64,000 bases of DNA from an uncultured Clostridia bacterium (GTDB lineage Bacteria > Bacillota > Clostridia > TANB77 > CAG-508), in assembly GCA_947623865.1 (NCBI GenBank), contig CANQIC010000002.1, positions 21,041 to 85,040 on the forward strand. Direction: 5' to 3'. Shown in pieces: positions 52,246-63,211 of the stretch. Position numbers and translations under genes: made by a program. Each line of letters begins with the position of its first letter. The stretch's first letter is position 1. The notes beneath the pieces were generated by a model. The model had not been told where the DNA came from and did no database searches. It saw only the letters and a program-made list of their open reading frames with translations.

Positions 52246-52965
52246 TTGATAAAAAGGAGAAATGTATTTATGAAAATTTTAAAGAGAAATCAATTAATTA
52301 TTTTAGTAGTATCATTAATGTTAATAACTGCAGGATATTTAAATTTTACTACTAATCAAGAAAATGTTCAAACAAGTACAATTGCTGATAGAGATGACAA
52401 CACAATTGGAGATGCACAGCTTGTAAGCACAATACCAGATGATAATGAGAATAATACGATAGAAAATCTTGTGACTGGACAAACAGATTTAAATGAAACA
52501 GAAAGTGAAATTGAACAAAATGAAATAGAAAATGAATTAGTTGAAAATGAAACTCCAACAAGTAGTATAGCTGACAATGAAGGAAATGATGTTGATAGTA
52601 ATGAAGATGAGTCAAAAGATTATTATTTTACAACTTCTAAGCTAGAAAGAAATACGATGTATTCAGAACTTTTAGAAACATATCAAGAGATGTATAATAA
52701 CACAAATGCTACAGCTAATCAAAAGTCAGAGGCTTTAGAAAAAATAAATAATATTAATAATACAAAAAATGCAATAATGATAGCAGAAAATTTAATAATG
52801 GCAAAAGATTTTGAAGATGCAGTTATATTCGTAAATGAGGAAAGCGTTAGTGTAATCATAAAATCTGAAGAACTAAAAGGAGAAGAAGTAGCACAGATAC
52901 AAAATATAGTTTCAAGAGAATTAAATGTAAAAGCAGAAACAATTCATATTAGCAATAAATATTAA
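52246..52965 (+). CDS. spoIIIAH: stage III sporulation protein AH
   Basis: 239 aa; TM anchor; acidic linker; C-terminal domain; operon position. Confidence 0.6.
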   Translation: MIKRRNVFMKILKRNQLIILVVSLMLITAGYLNFTTNQENVQTSTIADRDDNTIGDAQLVSTIPDDNENNTIENLVTGQTDLNETESEIEQNEIENELVENETPTSSIADNEGNDVDSNEDESKDYYFTTSKLERNTMYSELLETYQEMYNNTNATANQKSEALEKINNINNTKNAIMIAENLIMAKDFEDAVIFVNEESVSVIIKSEELKGEEVAQIQNIVSRELNVKAETIHISNKY

Positions 52966-53221
52966 ACCCAATGTAAATAAAATAATAAAAACTATGTAGA
53001 ATTTATATGTCTGCATAGTTTTTTATATAATAGGTATAATAGAAAATTCGACTTTTCTATTATGTAAAAATGTTATAACTACTATAGCCAAAGTGTGGCA
53101 AAGCTACTTTTCTTGGTACATAAAAATAGGAATAATCATATAATAAAATAATTAGATAAAAAAGCAGATGTGTCCCAAATGCGACAATAATGCCCGCTGG
53201 GGACTGCCCTCAGGAGGAAAA

Positions 53222-53741
53222 ATGAAACAGCTATATTTAGATGCAAAAAATATTATGATTAAAGATCCGGCTGCAAGAAATATTTTAGAGGTAATAATTT
53301 TATATCCTGGTTTTCATATTCTTGTATTTCACAGATTTGCTCATTTTTTATATCGACATAAACTTTTTTTTATTGCAAGGTTAATTTCTCAAATTGGTAG
53401 GCTTTTTACAGGAATAGAAATCCATCCAGGAGCAAAGATAGGAAAAAGACTATTTATAGATCATGGAATGGGAATAGTTATAGGAGAAACAGCAGAGGTT
53501 GGAAATGATTGTACAATATATCATGGAGTAACACTGGGTCGGAACAGGTAAAGATAAAAATAAAAGGCATCCTACAGTAGGAAATAATGTCATGATAGGT
53601 GCTGGTTCTAAAGTACTTGGACCTATAAAAATAGGAAATAATGTAAAAATAGGTGCAGGTGCAGTTGTATTACATGATATAGAAAAAAATTCAACAGCAG
53701 TTGGTGTTCCTGTTGATAGAGTAATAAAAAAAACAATTTAA
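53222..53741 (+). CDS. cysE: serine O-acetyltransferase; frame broken by extra C at 53540
   Basis: Hexapeptide repeats [27 protein letters not shown]. Deleting C in ggtCggaac restores [43 protein letters not shown]; RBS AGGAGG. Confidence 0.8.
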
Positions 53742-53902
53742 TAGAAGAAAAGTTTTACCTAAAATATTTACAAATACCTTGTAAATATTTTTTTTATTGG
53801 TATAATAGTATAGTATATATTAATTTTATATTAGTTAAGAATAAAAAGTGAATAGTTAATAGTACAAAATTTGCTTTAGCAAATTTTGAAGGAGGAAAAA
53901 GA

Positions 53903-55040
53903 ATGGTAAAAAAGGTTGCTATAATTACGAATGGTGGAGATTGTCCAGGATTAAATGCAGTAATCCGTGCAATTGTCAAAACTGCTGAAACTCATGGAGT
54001 AGAGTGCTATGGATATATAGAAGGATATAAAGGACTTTTAGAAAACAACTATATGAAACTTGAATCAAATGGTTCTGCATCTGGATTGCTTCACAGAGGT
54101 GGAACAATTATTGGTGCATCAAATAGTACAAATTTATTTAATTATCCAGTAGAAGAAAATGGAGAGATAGTATATAAGGATATGTCATATAAAGCTGTAG
54201 AAAATGTAAAACAAGCAGGATTTGATTGTATATTTACATTAGGAGGAGATGGAACACAAAAATCTGCAAGAGATTTCACATTAAGAGGATTAAATATAAT
54301 AGGAGTACCAAAAACAATAGACAATGATGTTGCACATTCAGAAATAACATTTGGATATAATACAGCAGTATCTGTTGCAACAGAAGCTTTAGATAGATTG
54401 CATTCAACAGCAGAATCACATCATAGAATAATGACATTAGAAGTAATGGGAAGATATGCAGGATGGATAGCATTAGAATCTGCTATAGCAGGTGGAGCAG
54501 ATGCTGCAATAATTCCAGAAATACCATATGATATAAATAAAATAGTTGAAAAAATAAATAAAAGAAAAGAAGAAGGTAAAAAATTCAGTATAATTGTTGT
54601 ATCTGAAGGTGCTAAACCAAAAGATGGAGATATGATAATTAAGAAAACATTAAATGACGGTAAAGGATTAGATAATATAAGACTTGGAGGAATAGGAGAA
54701 AAACTATCAAGAGATTTAGAAGAACTAACAGGAATGGTATCAAGAAATACTGTTTTAGGATATGTACAAAGAGGTGGAACTCCAACAGCATATGATAGAG
54801 TATTATCTACAAAATATGGTTCTAAAGCAATGGAACTTGCATTAGAAGGAAAATTTAATGTATTAGTTACATTAAAAAATGGAAAATTAGATTCAGTACC
54901 ATTAGAAGACGTAGTAGGAAATAACAAAGAAATAGGAGCTCGTTCACGGAGGAACAGAAAGTACAAATATTAAAAGAGTGACAATGGATGATGATCTAGT
55001 AAAAATTGCAAGAGACCTAGACATCTGCTTGGGAGATTAA
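53903..55040 (+). CDS. pfkA: 6-phosphofructokinase; frame broken by extra C at 54947
   Basis: GGDCPGLNAVIRA and GGDGT motifs. Deleting C in tcaCggagg extends the C-terminus as ...GARSGGTESTNIKRVTMDDDLVKIARDLDICLGD. Confidence 0.8.
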
Positions 55041-55050
55041 GGAGAAATAT

Positions 55051-56760
55051 ATGATTAATTTTAAAAAAGAAATAGCAACTAAGATTGCAAAAGTAACAAA
55101 TTTGAATGAAGAAGAATTAGAAAAATATATAGAAGTACCACCAAATATCGATTTAGGAGATTATGCTTTTCCATGTTTTAAACTTGCAAAAGATTTAAAA
55201 AAATCACCATCAATAATTGCAAATGAAATAAAAGAAAATATTGAAATAGATAAAAACATTATACAAAGAATAGATGTTATAGGAGGATATTTAAATATAT
55301 ATATAAATAAAGAAGTATTAATAAAAACTGTATTAGAAGAAGTTGCGAAAAAAAATGAAAAATACGGTTATTCAAATATTGGGGAAGGCAAAACAGCTGT
55401 AATAGAGTATTCATCACCTAACATTGCAAAACCATTTCATATAGGACATTTACGTACAACTGTAATAGGAGGAGCTTTATACAAAATATATAATTTCCTT
55501 GGATATAATACGATTGGTTTAAACTATTTAGGAGATTGGGGACTACAATTTGGAAAAGTTATTGCAGGTATTTCACTATGGAAAGAAGAATATGATTTTC
55601 AAAATGATGAAATGGGTAGTATACTAAAAATATATATAAGATTTAATAAAGAAGAAAAAGAAAATCCAGAACTTACAGAAATGGCAAGAGAATATTTTAA
55701 AAAGTTAGAAAAAGGTGAACCAGAAATTGTAAAACAATGGGAACATATTAGAAAAATAAGCATAGATAATTATCAAAAAACATATAAACTTTTAAATTCA
55801 AAATTCGATTCATATGATGGAGAAGCATACTATAATGATAAAATGGATGCCATAATTAATGAATTAAAAAATAAAGGATTATTAGAAGAATCACAAGGTG
55901 CAAAAATAGTTGACTTAGAAGAATATGATATGCCACCATGTATAGTCGTTACATCTGCGGGAACAACTATCTATGCAACAAGAGATTTAGCTGCATTAAA
56001 GGATAGAATAAATAGATATAATTTTGATAAATTAGTTTATGTAGCAGGAAGTGAACAACAATTACATTTTAAACAAGTTTTTAAGGTAATGGAATTAATG
56101 GGATATGAAGAGTATGTTTCAAAGTGTACACATGTTCCATTTGGATTAATAGTAGATAAGACAGGAGAGAAAATAGGATCAAGAAAAGGAAATTCTGTGT
56201 TTTTAGAAGATATATTAAATGAATCAATAGATAAAGTAAAAAATATCATTAATGAAAAAAATCCGGAATTTGAAGATAAAGATGCAATTGCAAGAAAAGT
56301 TGGAGTAGGAGCAATAATATTTAATGATTTATCAAATAGTAGAATAAAAGATGAAATATTTGACTGGGATACACTCCTTAATTTTCAGGGCGAAACTGGT
56401 CCATATATTCAATATATTTATGTAAGAACTAAAAGTCTATTAAATAAAGCAGGATACATTCCTAAAATAGAAGCAATTGATTTTAATATGTTAAAAGAAA
56501 AAGAAGCAATAGAAATATTAAAAATTATATATATGTTTAGTGAAACAATTCAAAACGCAGCAGATAAAAATGAACCATCAATACTTGCTAGATACTTAAT
56601 TGATTTAAGTCAAAGTTTTAGTACATTTTATAATGGATACAAAATAATTACAGAAGATAAGACTGTGCAAGATGCAAGACTATTTCTAACATATGTTGTT
56701 GGAATTGTATTAAAAACAGGAACTGAATTATTAGGTATGGAAATGCCTGAAAGAATGTAA
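55051..56760 (+). CDS. argS: arginine--tRNA ligase
   Basis: 569 aa; HIGH-type motif PNIAKPFHIGHLR; class I core; DALR anticodon-binding C-terminus. Confidence 0.85.
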   Translation: MINFKKEIATKIAKVTNLNEEELEKYIEVPPNIDLGDYAFPCFKLAKDLKKSPSIIANEIKENIEIDKNIIQRIDVIGGYLNIYINKEVLIKTVLEEVAKKNEKYGYSNIGEGKTAVIEYSSPNIAKPFHIGHLRTTVIGGALYKIYNFLGYNTIGLNYLGDWGLQFGKVIAGISLWKEEYDFQNDEMGSILKIYIRFNKEEKENPELTEMAREYFKKLEKGEPEIVKQWEHIRKISIDNYQKTYKLLNSKFDSYDGEAYYNDKMDAIINELKNKGLLEESQGAKIVDLEEYDMPPCIVVTSAGTTIYATRDLAALKDRINRYNFDKLVYVAGSEQQLHFKQVFKVMELMGYEEYVSKCTHVPFGLIVDKTGEKIGSRKGNSVFLEDILNESIDKVKNIINEKNPEFEDKDAIARKVGVGAIIFNDLSNSRIKDEIFDWDTLLNFQGETGPYIQYIYVRTKSLLNKAGYIPKIEAIDFNMLKEKEAIEILKIIYMFSETIQNAADKNEPSILARYLIDLSQSFSTFYNGYKIITEDKTVQDARLFLTYVVGIVLKTGTELLGMEMPERM

Positions 56761-56769
56761 ATAAAAATT

Positions 56770-56815
56770 AAACACCAGATAGACAAATAAACTTGTTTAT
56801 CTGGTGTTTAATTTA
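56770..56815 (+). terminator. terminator after argS
   Basis: aaacaccagata..tatctggtgttt stem followed by AATTTAAT. Confidence 0.55.
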
Positions 56816-57136
56816 ATATAAATAATATTATAAAGTTTGTTAAATTTATTTTATTTAATATTGCATACATAAACAAAGGTAAGAATATAATTAATATAAA
56901 ATTAAAAATCATATATATTGAAAATAGATTATTCTGATTTAATAATTTTATAAGCAAGTACATAAAAAAATAGTATAGACATTAATTATAAAAATTATTA
57001 TTTTACATGGAAATAACTTAAGATGTCAAGAATTGTCATAAAACGAAAAATAAATTTAAAAAATATGCTAAATATATTGCAATTTTAGAATTAAACAATA
57101 TATAATATGAAAGTAATCATATGAGGGGGAATTACT

Positions 57137-58502
57137 TTGAGAAAATATTTTGGAACAGATGGTATTAGAAGAATTGCTAATACTGAATTGACACCAGAAT
57201 TAGTATATAAAGTTGCAAAAGCAGGTGCATATGTTTTAGCAAAACATTCAGATCATGCACCAACAATTTTAATAGGAAGAGATACAAGACTTTCTGGAAC
57301 TTTAATAGAAAGTGCTATGACAGCCGGATTTTTAAGCTATGGTGCTAATGTAAAATTGTTAGGAGTTATGCCAACACCAGCTGTAGCATATTTAACAAAA
57401 AAATTAAAAGCAGATGCGAGTGTTGTTATTTCTGCATCACATAATACTTTTGAATTTAATGGAGTAAAATATTTTAGCAATAAAGGTATGAAAATATCTG
57501 ATGAGATAGAAGAAGAGATAGAGGAAGTTATGGACTCTGGGAAAATTGATGAGCTAAATGCTGTACATAATAAAATAGGAACATCTGAAGATGCCACTTC
57601 ATTAGTAGAAGAATACATATTTTTATTTAGAAAAATATTTGAAGATAACATAGAAGGTAATATAAGAGAAGACTTCATAGTTGGATTGGATGTAGCAAAT
57701 GGTGCAACATATAAAGTAGCAGAAGAAGTATTTAAAAAATTAGGAATAAAATACAAAATAATAAATAATAACCCAAATGGAATAAATATAAATGAGAACT
57801 GTGGATCAACGCATTTAGAAGGATTAAAAAAGTTTGTTACGGATAATAAATTGAGTTTAGGAATTGCATATGATGGAGATGGAGATAGATGCCTTGCAAT
57901 AGATGAAAAAGGAAATGAAATTGATGGAGATATGCTTCTTGCAATATTTTCAAAATATCTAAAAGAAAAAGGGAAATTAAATAATGATACTATAGTTGCC
58001 ACAATCATGAGTAATTTAGGATTAAAGAAGTTTGCTGAAAAAAATGGATTAACTCTAAAACAAACAAAAGTAGGAGATAGATATGTTCTAGAAGAAATGT
58101 TAAAGAATGGATACAACTTAGGTGGAGAACAATCAGGACATATAATAATGATTGACCATAATCCAACAGGAGATCGGAATACTCACTTCTTTAATGTTAA
58201 TACAAATTTTATTAGAAAAAAGTATTCCAGTATCAGAACTTTGTGATATAATGCAAGTATATCCACAAGTTTTGATAAATGCAAAAGTAAATACAAACAG
58301 AAAGAGTGATTATGAAAAAGACAAAGATATAAAAAATATGGTAGAAAAACTAAAAGAAGAATTTTTAAGTGAAGGAAGAGTAATAATAAGGCCATCCGGA
58401 ACTGAACCATTGATAAGAGTAATGATAGAAGGAAAAGATATAGAAAAAATTACTAGAAAAGCTCAGGAATTAGTAACTCTTATAGAAAAAAAATTAAATT
58501 AG
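57137..58502 (+). CDS. glmM: phosphoglucosamine mutase; frame broken by extra C at 58175
   Basis: Active-site SASHNT; deleting C in gatCggaat restores [28 protein letters not shown]... Confidence 0.85.
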
Positions 58503-58548
58503 GTTATTAAAAAATAATATAAAATTATACAAAGGAGGAAGAAGTTAA

Positions 58549-58890
58549 ATGTATATTTTTAATGTAACAGATCCAATAACATTAGTATTATTACTTGCAG
58601 CTACAATACTATTAATCTTTTTAGGAAAGGAAATAAAAAAGCCACAAGCATCAGTAATACCATTAATATTCTTCTTAGTATTAGTATTAATACATAGTGT
58701 AGAACTTGCAGTTATACCTGAAATAGGATATGAATATTACTATTCAATAATATTAAGATGCATAACTGTAGACTTAGTAATGATATTTATTACGTTCTTT
58801 GGATATCTCTGGGTTGATGATATAGCATGTAAATTTTATAAAAAGAAAAGCATTGATAACAGTTTAGACTGGTTTTGGAAACAAGTATAA
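58549..58890 (+). CDS. small membrane protein
   Basis: 113 aa, 3 TM. Confidence 0.35.
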   Translation: MYIFNVTDPITLVLLLAATILLIFLGKEIKKPQASVIPLIFFLVLVLIHSVELAVIPEIGYEYYYSIILRCITVDLVMIFITFFGYLWVDDIACKFYKKKSIDNSLDWFWKQV

Positions 58891-59002
58891 TTTAATTTTA
58901 AAATTAAAGTAGCAAGTTTATATTTTATAACTTGCTATTTTAATATGATTATGATAGAATTCTAAAAGTCAAAATTATTGATTATAAAGGAGAGCATGTT
59001 TT

Positions 59003-60580
59003 ATGAGCGAAAAATATTATATAACAACACCAATATACTATCCAAGTGGGAAATTTCATATAGGAACAGCATATACAACAACACTTGCAAATACAATAAA
59101 AAAATATAGACAAATGAGAGGATATGATGCATATTTATTAACTGGATTAGATGAGCATGGGCAAAAAATACAAGATGTTGCTATATCTAGAGGAAAAACT
59201 CCACAAGATCATGTTGATGAAATGGCAGATGTTGCAAAAAAATTATGGGCAAAAATGAAAATTGATTATGATGATTTCATTAGAACAACAGATAAAAGAC
59301 ATGAAAAGATTGTAGAGCAAATATTTGAGAAATTTATGAAAAATGGAGATATATATAAAGGAGAATATGAAGGATGGTATTGCGTGCCATGCGAAACATA
59401 TTTTACACCAACACAATTAGTAGATGGAAAATGCCCTGATTGTGGAAGAGAAGTTAAAAAAATGAAAGAAGAAGCATACTTCTTTAATATGAAAAAATAT
59501 CAAGATAGACTTATAAAATTCTATGAAGAAAATCCAAATTTTATTGAACCGGCTTTTAGAAAAAATGAACTGTTTAATAATTTCATAAAACCAGGATTAG
59601 AAGATTTATGTGTAACTCGTACCACATTTGATTGGGGTATAAAAGTAAAAGGCGATGAAAAACATGTAATATACGTTTGGCTAGATGCGCTTACAAATTA
59701 TATTACAGCATTAGGATATATGTCAGATGATGAAACAAAATTTAATAAATATTGGCCAGCAGATTTACAAATAGTTGGTAAAGATATAATAAGATTTCAC
59801 GGTATTTATTGGCCTATATTCTTAATGGCTCTTGATTTACCAATGCCTAAAAAATTATTTGCACATGGATGGATAATGATGAAAGACGGAAAAATGTCTA
59901 AATCGAAAGGAAATGTTATATATCCAGAAACATTAATAGAAAGATATGGGTTAGATGCTACCAAGTATTTTTTGTTAAAAGAATTATCTGTAGGACAAGA
60001 TGGATTATTTACTCCAGAGGGATTTGTAGAAAGATTTAACTCAGACTTATGTAATGATTTAGGTAATTTATTAAATAGAACTATTGGTATGATAAATAAA
60101 TACTTTAAGGGTGAGATTCCAAGCAAACCACAAAATTTAACTGATTTAGATATTGAACTAGAAAACTTTGTAAATAATAAGATAGAGCATGTAGAAAAAG
60201 AAATGGATGAAGTGCATGTAAGTAATTCCTTAGAAGAAATCTGGCAAATCATATCAAGAACAAATAAATACATTGATGAAACTATGCCATGGATATTATA
60301 TAAAGAAGAAAAAGTAGAAGAATTAAAAAATGTAATGTATCATTTAGTAGAAAATTTAAGGAAAATAGCAATATTGATTAGACCTTACATGGAAGAAACA
60401 TCACCTAAGATGTTTAATCAACTAGGAATGAGTGATACTGAATTAATGACATGGGATAGTATGAAAGAATATCCAGAATACAAAAATAATCTAAGAGTTG
60501 TAGAAAAAGGAGAACCTTTATTTATAAGACTAGACTTAGATGAAGAAATAGAGTTTTTGAAGAATGAAATGAATAAATAA
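59003..60580 (+). CDS. metG: methionine--tRNA ligase
   Basis: PIYYPSGKFHIGTAYT HIGH motif; zinc knuckle CVPCETYF...CPDCGR; KMSKS. Confidence 0.85.
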   Translation: MSEKYYITTPIYYPSGKFHIGTAYTTTLANTIKKYRQMRGYDAYLLTGLDEHGQKIQDVAISRGKTPQDHVDEMADVAKKLWAKMKIDYDDFIRTTDKRHEKIVEQIFEKFMKNGDIYKGEYEGWYCVPCETYFTPTQLVDGKCPDCGREVKKMKEEAYFFNMKKYQDRLIKFYEENPNFIEPAFRKNELFNNFIKPGLEDLCVTRTTFDWGIKVKGDEKHVIYVWLDALTNYITALGYMSDDETKFNKYWPADLQIVGKDIIRFHGIYWPIFLMALDLPMPKKLFAHGWIMMKDGKMSKSKGNVIYPETLIERYGLDATKYFLLKELSVGQDGLFTPEGFVERFNSDLCNDLGNLLNRTIGMINKYFKGEIPSKPQNLTDLDIELENFVNNKIEHVEKEMDEVHVSNSLEEIWQIISRTNKYIDETMPWILYKEEKVEELKNVMYHLVENLRKIAILIRPYMEETSPKMFNQLGMSDTELMTWDSMKEYPEYKNNLRVVEKGEPLFIRLDLDEEIEFLKNEMNK

Positions 60581-60591
60581 AAGGAGAAAAA

Positions 60592-61263
60592 ATGGGAAAA
60601 TTATTTGTAATAGATGGAACAGATGCAAGTGGAAAACAAACACAATTTGAGAAATTGCAAGAAAGATTAAACAAAGAAAATATAGATTATAAAGTAATAT
60701 CTTTTCCTAATTATGATAGTCCATCATCTTCACTTGTAAAAATGTATTTATCAGGAGAATTTGGAGAAAATGCAAAAGATATAAGTCCATATATTGCTTC
60801 AACATTTTATGCAGTTGATAGATACGCAACATTTAAAAAAGAATTAGAGGAATACTATAACAATGGAGGTATAATACTTGCTGATAGATATACAACAGCA
60901 AATATGGTTCACCAGGCAGGAAAAATAGATAATAAAAGTGAAAGAGAAAAATTCTTAGAATGGCTTTGGGATTTTGAATTTAATTTATATAAGTTACCAA
61001 TACCAAGTAAAGTGTTTTTCTTAAATATGCCACCAGAATATGCATTTAAACTAATGGAAAATAGAGAAAATAAATTTACACATGAATTAAAAAAGGATAT
61101 TCATGAAAGTGATAAAAGCCATATAATAGATAGTTATAATGCTGCATGTGAAGTCGCAGATAAATATAATTGGTCAAAAATAGAATGTGTAAAAAATAAT
61201 AAAATTAGGACAATAGAAGAAATACATGAAGATATATATAAACAAATAAAAAATATAATTTAA
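60592..61263 (+). CDS. dTMP-kinase-like nucleoside/nucleotide kinase
   Basis: P-loop FVIDGTDASGKQTQ. Confidence 0.55.
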   Translation: MGKLFVIDGTDASGKQTQFEKLQERLNKENIDYKVISFPNYDSPSSSLVKMYLSGEFGENAKDISPYIASTFYAVDRYATFKKELEEYYNNGGIILADRYTTANMVHQAGKIDNKSEREKFLEWLWDFEFNLYKLPIPSKVFFLNMPPEYAFKLMENRENKFTHELKKDIHESDKSHIIDSYNAACEVADKYNWSKIECVKNNKIRTIEEIHEDIYKQIKNII

Positions 61264-61313
61264 ACAAAAATTCCAAACTTAATTTATACTCAGAAAGGAA
61301 ATAAAAGTTTAAA

Positions 61314-61844
61314 GTGGAAAGAGTCGGTTTTTTTGGGGGATGTTTTAATCCACCAACAAATGTACATATAAATATTGTAAATAATTTAATAAAACAAGGA
61401 AAATTAGACAAAGTAGTATTTGTTCCAGTTAATAATTACTATAAAAAAGAAGGATTAATTGAAGCAAAACATAGGTATAACATGCTTAAATTAATTACAA
61501 AAAATCAAAAAAATTTAGAAGTTGATGATATTGAAATAAAAGAAAACAGAGAATTATTTGCTGTAGATGCATTTAAACTTATTGAGAACAGTCCATATCA
61601 AGCAAAATGCTGTATAGAGAAAACGTTTATGATTATGGGATCTGATAATTATAATAAAATGCCAAAATGGAAAGATTATGATAAAATAAAAAATAGATAT
61701 AATTATATAATTATAGATAGAGATGAAAAGGAAATTTCATCAACACAAATAAGAAAAATGATAAAGAACAATGATAAAAAAGTAATAGAATATTTACCTA
61801 AAGAAGTATATAAATATATAATAAAAAATGAATTATATAAATGA
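61314..61844 (+). CDS. nadD: nicotinate-nucleotide adenylyltransferase
   Basis: GFFGGCFNPPTNVHINI, i.e. the (H/T)xGH-type nucleotidyltransferase motif. Confidence 0.65.
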   Translation: MERVGFFGGCFNPPTNVHINIVNNLIKQGKLDKVVFVPVNNYYKKEGLIEAKHRYNMLKLITKNQKNLEVDDIEIKENRELFAVDAFKLIENSPYQAKCCIEKTFMIMGSDNYNKMPKWKDYDKIKNRYNYIIIDRDEKEISSTQIRKMIKNNDKKVIEYLPKEVYKYIIKNELYK

Positions 61845-61921
61845 TGTCAATAAATATAAGATGACATCATTTATTTATTGACATTTAAGAACAAACGTTC
61901 TATAATAAAACAAGGTGATAA

Positions 61922-63125
61922 TATGGAAAGACAAATTATGCATATAGATGTAAATAATGCATTTTTATCATGGTTTGCAATCTGGAGATTAAAAAATGGT
62001 GAAGAAATTGATATAAGAGAAATACCTTCAATAATTGGCGGAGATGAATCAAGAAGGGCTGGTATTGTACTTGCAAAAAGCAATATTGCTAAACAATTTG
62101 GAATAGTTACAGGGGAAACTATATTTCAAGCTAGAAAGAAATGTCCAAATGTTAAAGTATTTCAAGGAGACTATAAAATATATAGGGAATATTCAGATAA
62201 ACTATATAAACTATTATTAGATTATACTGATAAAATAGAAAGATATTCGGTAGATGAATGTTTTTTGGACATGACTGAATATTTGATGAAATCAACTCTA
62301 ATGGATAAGGCAAAAGAAATTAGAAAAAGAGTAAATGAAGAATTAGGATTCACTGTAAATATAGGATTAAGTTCAAATAAATTACTAGCAAAAATGGCAT
62401 CAGATTTTGAAAAACCTAATAAAATACATACATTATACACAAATGAAATTGAAGAAAAAATGTGGACACTACCCATTAGAGATTTATTTATGCTTGGAAG
62501 AAAAACAGTTCCTAAGTTATACAATATGAATATAAAAACAATAGGAGATTTAGCTAAAGCTGATATTGAGCAACTTATTAATAAATTTGGAAAGCATGGA
62601 AAAATAATGTGGGAATATGCAAATGGGATAGATTTATCAGATGTTGCATACAAATATGAAGAACCTAAGAGTATAGGCAATTCAACTACACTAGCAAAAG
62701 ATATTCAAGATTTAGAATCATTAAATGAAGTTCTTTTGGCATTAGCAGAACATGTAGCATATAGATTAAGAAAATATAATATGATAGCAAATGTTATAAA
62801 TGTGGGATTAAGAACAAAAGATTTTAAAGATTTTTCACATCAAGGTAAATTATATATACCAACAGCAAACACAAAAGATATATATTTAAAATCGAAAGAG
62901 CTTTTAAATTCAATGTATAAAGGAGAAGCAATAAGATTAATATCTTTAAGAGCAGATAAATTAATAAATAAAAATGAAGGACAAATTTCATTATTTAATA
63001 CAAAAGATGAAAAGAAACAAGAAAAACTTGATAAAACATTAGATGAATTAAAAGAAAAATATGGATATTTAAGTATTACCAGGGCAGGAAAATTGGGAAT
63101 AGAAAAGAATATAAAATTTAAGTAA
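61922..63125 (+). CDS. dinB: DNA polymerase IV (Y-family)
   Basis: IMHIDVNNAFLSW...DECFLDMT, the UmuC/DinB palm signature. Confidence 0.8.
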
Positions 63126-63211
63126 AATTTTATTATAAAACTATTGATTTTTTAATATTATTTTAATAAACTATATATAAAATAAAAAATATTATTTAAG
63201 GGAGTGTACAT

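Noticed and set aside
52966-53221. T-box or riboswitch leader upstream of cysE
   Set aside because: No recognisable T-box consensus (AATTAGGGTGGNACCGCG), specifier-loop architecture or known riboswitch core. Only a GC-rich hairpin, which is reported separately.
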